The notes under the pieces are model-generated. The model was not told the origin of the DNA. It saw nothing but the letters and a program-made list of their open reading frames with translations, and did no database searches. Positions 58,170-64,000 of a stretch of DNA of 64,000 nucleotides are shown here, one piece after another. Made by a program: the position numbers and the translations under genes. Source of the DNA: Blepharisma stoltei ATCC 30299 (Eukaryota; Protista; Ciliophora); the NCBI GenBank assembly GCA_965603825.1, contig CBFDEM010000062.1, positions 62,001 through 126,000 of the forward strand, given 5' to 3'. Position 1 is the stretch's first letter, and each line of letters begins with the position of its first letter.

Positions 58170-59652
58170 TTAAAAAGATTTAGTGTAAGAAACGTTTTTT
58201 TGATAAGCTTGGTCTTCAGTTATATCGAGGGGGTTATCAGAATTAGTTAATTCTAAGTCACTTGTAGGCCTAGCTAGCTGGATGCTCATTTCTTTTATTC
58301 TTTGTTTAGCAAGTCTTGACTCGGGGTGGTTGGAGACTATAGCTAAAATTTCATGCATTTTTTCTTTTTCTATCATTACTTTGCGAGCATTTGCCCGCTT
58401 TGTGGTGATGCTGCTTTCAAGCTCACTCCTCATTGCTTTTATGCGTTTTCTGGATTCATGCTGTTTACCAAGAATATGGTCTCGTTTGGCAAGCCTAATT
58501 GTGAGTTACCATTATGCGCTTGTGCCGTTCTCGATTTGTTTGAGTGTCTCTTGTTTTTAATCTATGCAGTTCTACTTTTAGTTCTAAATTTTTATGTTTT
58601 GCTGCTTTTTTAGTTTCTAAAAGCTTTTGCAATGATTGTGCTTTTTTTTCAAAATTTTCTAGATTTTTCATAATTTCGTCATCTTTTTCTTTTAATTTTT
58701 CTTGTGCAAGTGTGAACCTTTCAAAATATTTACGTTTCGATAAATTTCTAGCTTCTTGCTGTTTCATAGCACTTTGTGCTCTTCTTTCGGTAGCCTTTTT
58801 GTGTCTGCTTATTAGCTTTATAGCAGTTTCTATAGCCTCTAAATCACTATTTTCAAACTTTTTTACATTGATTTCTGAATGTTTTCTTGAAATTTGGCTT
58901 TTTTTTCTATTTATTAGCTCATCGTGCATTCCTTTAGATTTTTCTATTTTTTTATAAATTGATGTCAGTTGTTCTTCAATTTCTTCTTCTGAAATATCTC
59001 CTGACTTAGTTTTTAACAGTTTTGTATCAGAGCGTCTGCCATTAACTGAATTAATTTTTCTACTACCAAGCAAAGAGTCAGGAGACTTCCTGATAACTGG
59101 AGACGACGATTCACTTTTTAAAGCTTCTAGAAGGCTGTTTTGTTCTTTTCTTTTGATATCTTCAATATTCCTTTTTTGCACATCTACAAACTTATTTAAT
59201 TTTGATTTTCTCAGCTTGATTTCTTTTTCTTGCAGTTTTTCTTTAATATTTCAAGCTTTTTTTAATTTTTTTTCTTTGTTTTCTCTTGCTTGAATTTCTC
59301 TTTCATAGTCATTTAGAGCATTGCAAATAATTTCTTTATGCTTTTCTTTTAATTTTTCGAAATTAAAAGATTTATTTAAAGGCTCAGGGGAGAATATGTG
59401 AAATTTTGTTTCTTTTGAGACTTTATCTAAGCTTCATCCGCGGCTTTCTTTAATTTTGTTTTTGATAAGTTTTACAGTGTCGTTTAATTTTTTAATGTAA
59501 TGATCGTATCTGAGTTTTTGGATGTCTTCATCTGCGTTTCTTTCGTAAAAATCGTCATAGGAAAGCTGGATTAGCTCTGAAGGGTCAATCCCAAGGATTT
59601 TCATTGCTGCGGAAATTTTGTGATTGTTTATGTCGATTGCATAAATTGTCAT
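58170..59652 (-). CDS. Coiled-coil protein (~488 aa if a 16-nt intron is removed)
   Basis: Frame continuous via two TGA to 58510; tiny intron at 58494/58495-58509. Confidence 0.65.
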
Positions 59653-59896
59653 TTAATTTTTACCTACTGAAATAAATCTAATTTTAATCTTAAAATCATA
59701 AGAAAATTAACACCTAAGCTGAATTTATATAAAAATGAGATAAATTAAGTTAAATGAATTTCCAGTAATAATAATGAACTTGATAATTTTCTTAAACAGT
59801 CATCATTTTTATTAATTTGAGTAAACTGGCCCATTTTGTAAGTATCCCATTTTCTTGCGTAAAATTATCAAAAATTGCTGATTTCACTAATAAAGT

Positions 59897-60658
59897 ATGG
59901 CCGGCAAGCAAACCCACCCTCACACTGGTCTGAAAGTTTACTTAATTCGTCATGCCGAATCTAACAATAACTTAGCAAGCTGCACGATGGAAAGATCAGA
60001 ATATGAAAGAATCAGAGAGCATGACCCTACCTTATCAGAAGGAGGAATTGAAGAAGCTCGCCAGCTCGGCCAATACATGAAAAACCATCCAGATAAATTC
60101 GACAACTTTATTGACCAATGTTTCGCAGAAATACACTGCAGTGCAATGACCAGGTCATTGCAAACTGCTGACATAATTTCTAAAGAAATCGGATTAGACC
60201 CCATTGTATGGGTAGATATTCATGAAGTAAAAGGCTGCCGATCTCGAGGCCAAGCATATTTAGGCAAAAGTCGCGGACAAATTTTGGAGAGATTTCCCAA
60301 TTTTGTGCTACCACCAGAAATTACAGACGAAGGTTGGTATTTTCTTGGGAGAGAAGAAACTGAAGAAGAAGCCTGGGAAAGGGCTGGGAGAGTCTGGGAA
60401 AGACTGACACACTTAAGTGAGCTTGATGAATATCAAGGAAAAGCGATTTTAATAGTGACACATGGGCTGTTTTTGGATTTTCTGATGGGAAGACTGTGCA
60501 ATAGAGAAATGAAAGGGCCACCAAGGTTTGCGTTTTATAACACAGGGTATTCTCTTGTGTGGCTTAAGAAGCCTAGAACAATAGTGCATTATATTGACAG
60601 AATTGAACATTTGACTGTAATCCCACTTTTGTATAGGAATGGAGAATTAGATGATTAA
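59897..60658 (+). CDS. Histidine phosphatase / phosphoglycerate mutase family
   Basis: LIRHAES, S...R..QTA, E, LIVTHG. Confidence 0.9.
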   Translation: MAGKQTHPHTGLKVYLIRHAESNNNLASCTMERSEYERIREHDPTLSEGGIEEARQLGQYMKNHPDKFDNFIDQCFAEIHCSAMTRSLQTADIISKEIGLDPIVWVDIHEVKGCRSRGQAYLGKSRGQILERFPNFVLPPEITDEGWYFLGREETEEEAWERAGRVWERLTHLSELDEYQGKAILIVTHGLFLDFLMGRLCNREMKGPPRFAFYNTGYSLVWLKKPRTIVHYIDRIEHLTVIPLLYRNGELDD

Positions 60659-60763
60659 ATCGAGCTGCTGGCTGGTTTTAATTCCTATAATTTAGAAATT
60701 TATATAAAATTCTTCTTTTATGATAAAATAATAATTATTTCTTTATTTAAAATTAAACTCAAA

Positions 60764-62776
60764 TTAGTTAAACTCGAAATCAAATACCGGGACATCAGGG
60801 CACAGCATGCTAATAAGTTTTGATTCCCTAAATTCAGTTTTTTCTGCAAGCACTGCTTTCAGTCTTTCCATATCAATATTTTCGTATCCCCTTACATTTC
60901 TTACCCATTGGCACAAATCAGCTCTGATAACTCTTTGGGCGGCCTGATGAATCACAAACACACTCATATCGTCACTAGTAGGGTTTATCATGAGGGCTCG
61001 GTCACTGATTTCTACTTCTTTTGGAGATCCAGGCTCTTGGTCTTCTTCTCCCAGAGGAGGCTCAGGGACTCTCCTGGGGATAACAATTTTTATTAATGCG
61101 ATTTCTTGGCCTTGTTCAGGAAGCTCTGTAGGTCTGATTTCAACCTTAGGTCTTAAGGGGTTAGGATGGGCTGCGTCTGCATCTTTTAGGATTAAAGCGC
61201 TAAAAAATGCAGTTAAAAGTCCTTCGAAAAGGCCTTGTCTGATACCAAACTCATTTGCGTTTTGCCAGAACAGAGTAAGTGTGGTTCTTGGGACTGAGTT
61301 TTCGACATTAATCAAGTAGGCTAAAATTTTATTTTTTATATCGTCCCCTGCCAAATGTATATTTTGATGAGTCAAACTAGGCTTTCCAAAAGTTTTTATA
61401 AATTCTGCTAGCGGTTCAGCCCTTATATTATTATAAATAACAGTCGGAGCTCTCAAACAATGCAGTAAGAAATCATAAAACAGCAAATTTATCTGTTCTT
61501 GACTCAATGCAAATTCAGTTGCTTCTTCAATAGCACTAAAAAACTGCAGCAGCTCTCCAAAGAGCCCTCCAGGAGTCCCAATGATATTTGTGGCCTGTCT
61601 TCCATCAATATCAGAATAAACTTGTTGTGCTGCATTGTCTACAACAGCGCCAGTATTTACAATTTTTTCTTCAATTTTAGCTCTGAGTGCAGCGATTTCT
61701 CTTTCTTTTTGTCTAATAATTCTGAGCTCAACCCTGTGTTTTTTTCTTGCTTCGTCTTCTTGCTGGGCTTTTATTTCGTTTTCTTGGGCTTCTCTTCTTC
61801 TTGAGTATTCTTTTTCTATTGCTTTTTTGTGCTGTTCTATAAGCATATTTTTGGCTTCTTGAGTGGCTTCTTCTAAAAAGGCAATAATAGCATTTTCTTC
61901 ATTTAAAGATGCCAAACTTTCAATAGAAAGCCACGGAATCAATTGGTCATGAAACGCGACTTCTCTTGGGTCACTGAAAATTCCAGCATCTCTTAAATAA
62001 GTGATTGCGTTGTTCCCCAGCCTATTCAAGTATTTTTTGGCTAAAATCCTTGCTAAATATTTTTTATGTGCAAATTGTAACTGCTCTTTTCTCGTTCTTG
62101 CCTGGACTTTTCTTCTTTCTGCTTCGTCCCTTCTTCTAAGCTCTTCTGCTTCTAATCTTTGCACCTCTATAAGTTTCGCATTCCTTTTCTGCTCAAACTC
62201 CCTCTGATGCTTTCTCATAGCTTCCAGTTCTTCTTCTTCAAGTACTTCCATTCTACCCTGCTCTAGCGATTTTCCTATCAAGACTTCTAATATGGGCGCC
62301 ACTTCTAAGTCAAAATCAAATAACTCGCCATCTTCTACCTGCGTAATCACATCTTCACCGATTTTTTTCGGCATGAATAAAGGTGTAGGCGGGCGGTCCA
62401 TAAGGTAATCAGTCTGGGTTTCAATTTCGAATTCTTTTGGCTTGTCAGAGAGCTCTTCTGGCATATTTTCAGTTTGGGCCTCTTCGTGCTTTCGCCCTTC
62501 TACAGGCTCTGGGGTATGGATTTCACGGTCTTTTTCTTCTGTGGCTTGTTTTTGTAAGCCGTCAGATTTTGTGAACTTTTTTTGAGTTTTTTCGAGTTCT
62601 TGAGGTGCATTGGAAGGGACGATCATTGCAGCATAGGTGTTGCCTCTGACGACGCGCTTATCTCACATGATATTGACTGAGGCCTGACCTTCTTCAGGCT
62701 CTCGGTATTTGGTGTTGCGGGCTTTTACAGCGCGAGGCTCTGATGAGAATTGGTAATCTCCTGTTAGTGCTGCCAT
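60764..62776 (-). CDS. RSP3: Radial spoke protein 3 with long C-terminal extension (670 aa)
   Basis: NIMWDKRVVRGNTYA (W=TGA), TPEPVEGRKH...QT, DRPPTPLF.P.K.G.D..TQ, LFDFD.EV.PILEVL.GK. Confidence 0.92.
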
Positions 62777-62860
62777 GGTTTTATTATAACTGTCTTATGA
62801 ATGAAATTTGGATTTAAGATGGAAGAAAATAAAGACTTAGGAAAATATGTTACAGATTAG

Positions 62861-63580
62861 CTAATTTGAGTCAGAGTTATATCTGCTATTGTGGATTTGT
62901 TCAATTTTATATCTGGCCATCAAAATAATTTCGTCGCATTTGTCCATGAGTCTGTCTAGAAGAAGCCGTTCATCTTTAATCATTTGGATTCTTAAGCAGA
63001 GCATGCATTTTTTATTAATAGAGTCGTCAGTGATTAAATCAAACCACCCTTCTTTTAGCAGCTGGTCATCTAAATTGTCTAATTTCAAGGTATAATTCCC
63101 TAATAGCTCGTCTTCCCTCATATTTCTTTTTAGCAGAACTTTAAAATCAATGCTTTCAAATGATCACATGGTGTTTCTAAACTGAATAAATCGATATCAA
63201 TAAGGCTTATAACTGTCAGACTCGTGGGTCTCGACAATTGGGCCATTAGGCTCTAAAGATATTTTAACATATGGCTTACTTTGAGAAAAACAATTATTGT
63301 TTTTGTATAAATTATGTCCTTTTTGTATTTCAATATTTAGTTCTGGCACAGCTTGGGACCCTTGAATTATGTTTTCTTTTTTATATTGGCATCCTTTTTT
63401 CATTTTGATAAGAAAATTAATTTTTTGTTCGAGATTCGTTACATTCGTTTCTTCAGCAATTTCTTTGCTGAAAAAATCGATCCTGGGGATATATCGGAAA
63501 TATGAATCATTTTTTGGGTTTGACTGGAGCAAATGCTCTTCAATTTCTGATTCATTAGGACGACTAGCACAATCACCCAT
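62861..63580 (-). CDS. Myristoylated C2-domain protein (239 aa)
   Basis: MGDCAS; PYVKI, P.W (TGA), D.LLG...L.L..L...W..L. Confidence 0.75.
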
Positions 63581-64000
63581 TTTTATATTAATCCATTTTA
63601 AAGATGGTGACTCAGAGATATTCTATAAAATGAGCAGCTTGATTTCTCTAAGTAATTCTCAAAGGAATCCAGCAATAATATTTAAAAAATAATAATGCAT
63701 GTACATTCTAAAATAAAAGAATAATAAAATAAAGAATAGACTTAGCTTTTAGAATTAAATTGATCCCTTAAAGCAGCCCATTGCGAAACAAAATAATCTT
63801 AATATCTCTAATAGAGATGAAGCGAAGTGAATTTTCTTCTCCTAAAAGTATCGAATGAAAATCTAATAAAATTTCCAAATAGCCACACTTAACAGATGAA
63901 ATCGTCGCTGGAAACGACCATATCTTTTTATTTTCCATAAATTTGCGATTTGGAGTCTTCAGCCATTTTCCCTTTTTTACGAGAAGACTATGTATTGCTA

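Noticed and set aside
1600-63580. Mass pseudogenisation or selenocysteine to explain in-frame TGA
   Set aside because: TGA aligns with conserved Trp, not Cys, in otherwise intact essential genes
3697-63692. Many short antisense or overlapping ORFs in the track (e.g. 7018-7341, 22381-22623, 29007-29360, 58544-58957, 60990-61319)
   Set aside because: Shadows of real genes on the other strand or frame; no motifs
1-64000. Prokaryotic or Mycoplasma-like origin, operons, CRISPR arrays
   Set aside because: Eukaryote-specific genes and spliceosomal introns; no repeat-spacer array (the 40662-40892 repeats lack unique spacers)
63690-64000. Possible partial gene at the window end
   Set aside because: The frames examined contain TAA/TAG stops and no recognisable motif
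1-64000. Telomeric repeats or transposase genes
   Set aside because: No telomere-like tandem array and no DDE, RT or integrase motifs seen

Overview
AT-rich, gene-dense eukaryotic DNA from a heterotrich ciliate, most likely Blepharisma. This assignment is inferred from two sequence features. UGA is read as Trp (it occupies invariant Trp positions in several conserved proteins) while UAA/UAG remain stops, and the genes contain 15-16 nt spliceosomal introns. The supplied ORF track splits many genes at UGA. Re-reading gives about 35 protein genes (Rxt3, VPS35, PP4R3, VAP, SEM1, PIG-X, copine, ERGIC, START, PTEN-like, USP47-like, HEAT, RSP3, SSNA1, calcyphosin-like and others) plus tRNA-Ala(AGC). 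Most notable: (1) a ~4.3 kb tandem duplication of a lineage-specific Zn-finger/coiled-coil gene cassette whose junction and one gene carry TA/TTA-bounded IES-like inserts; (2) a ~1990 aa B-box + GBP/atlastin-like GTPase + Cys/His-repeat + vWA protein interrupted by a 68 bp direct-repeat-bounded insert; (3) an intact Tpt1/KptA-ERI1 exonuclease fusion; (4) a probable non-canonical GT-GG tiny intron; (5) several predicted pseudoenzymes; (6) a chagasin-like inhibitor missed by the ORF track; (7) bacterial-like cupin and O-methyltransferase genes. All calls are by eye; no database searches were run.
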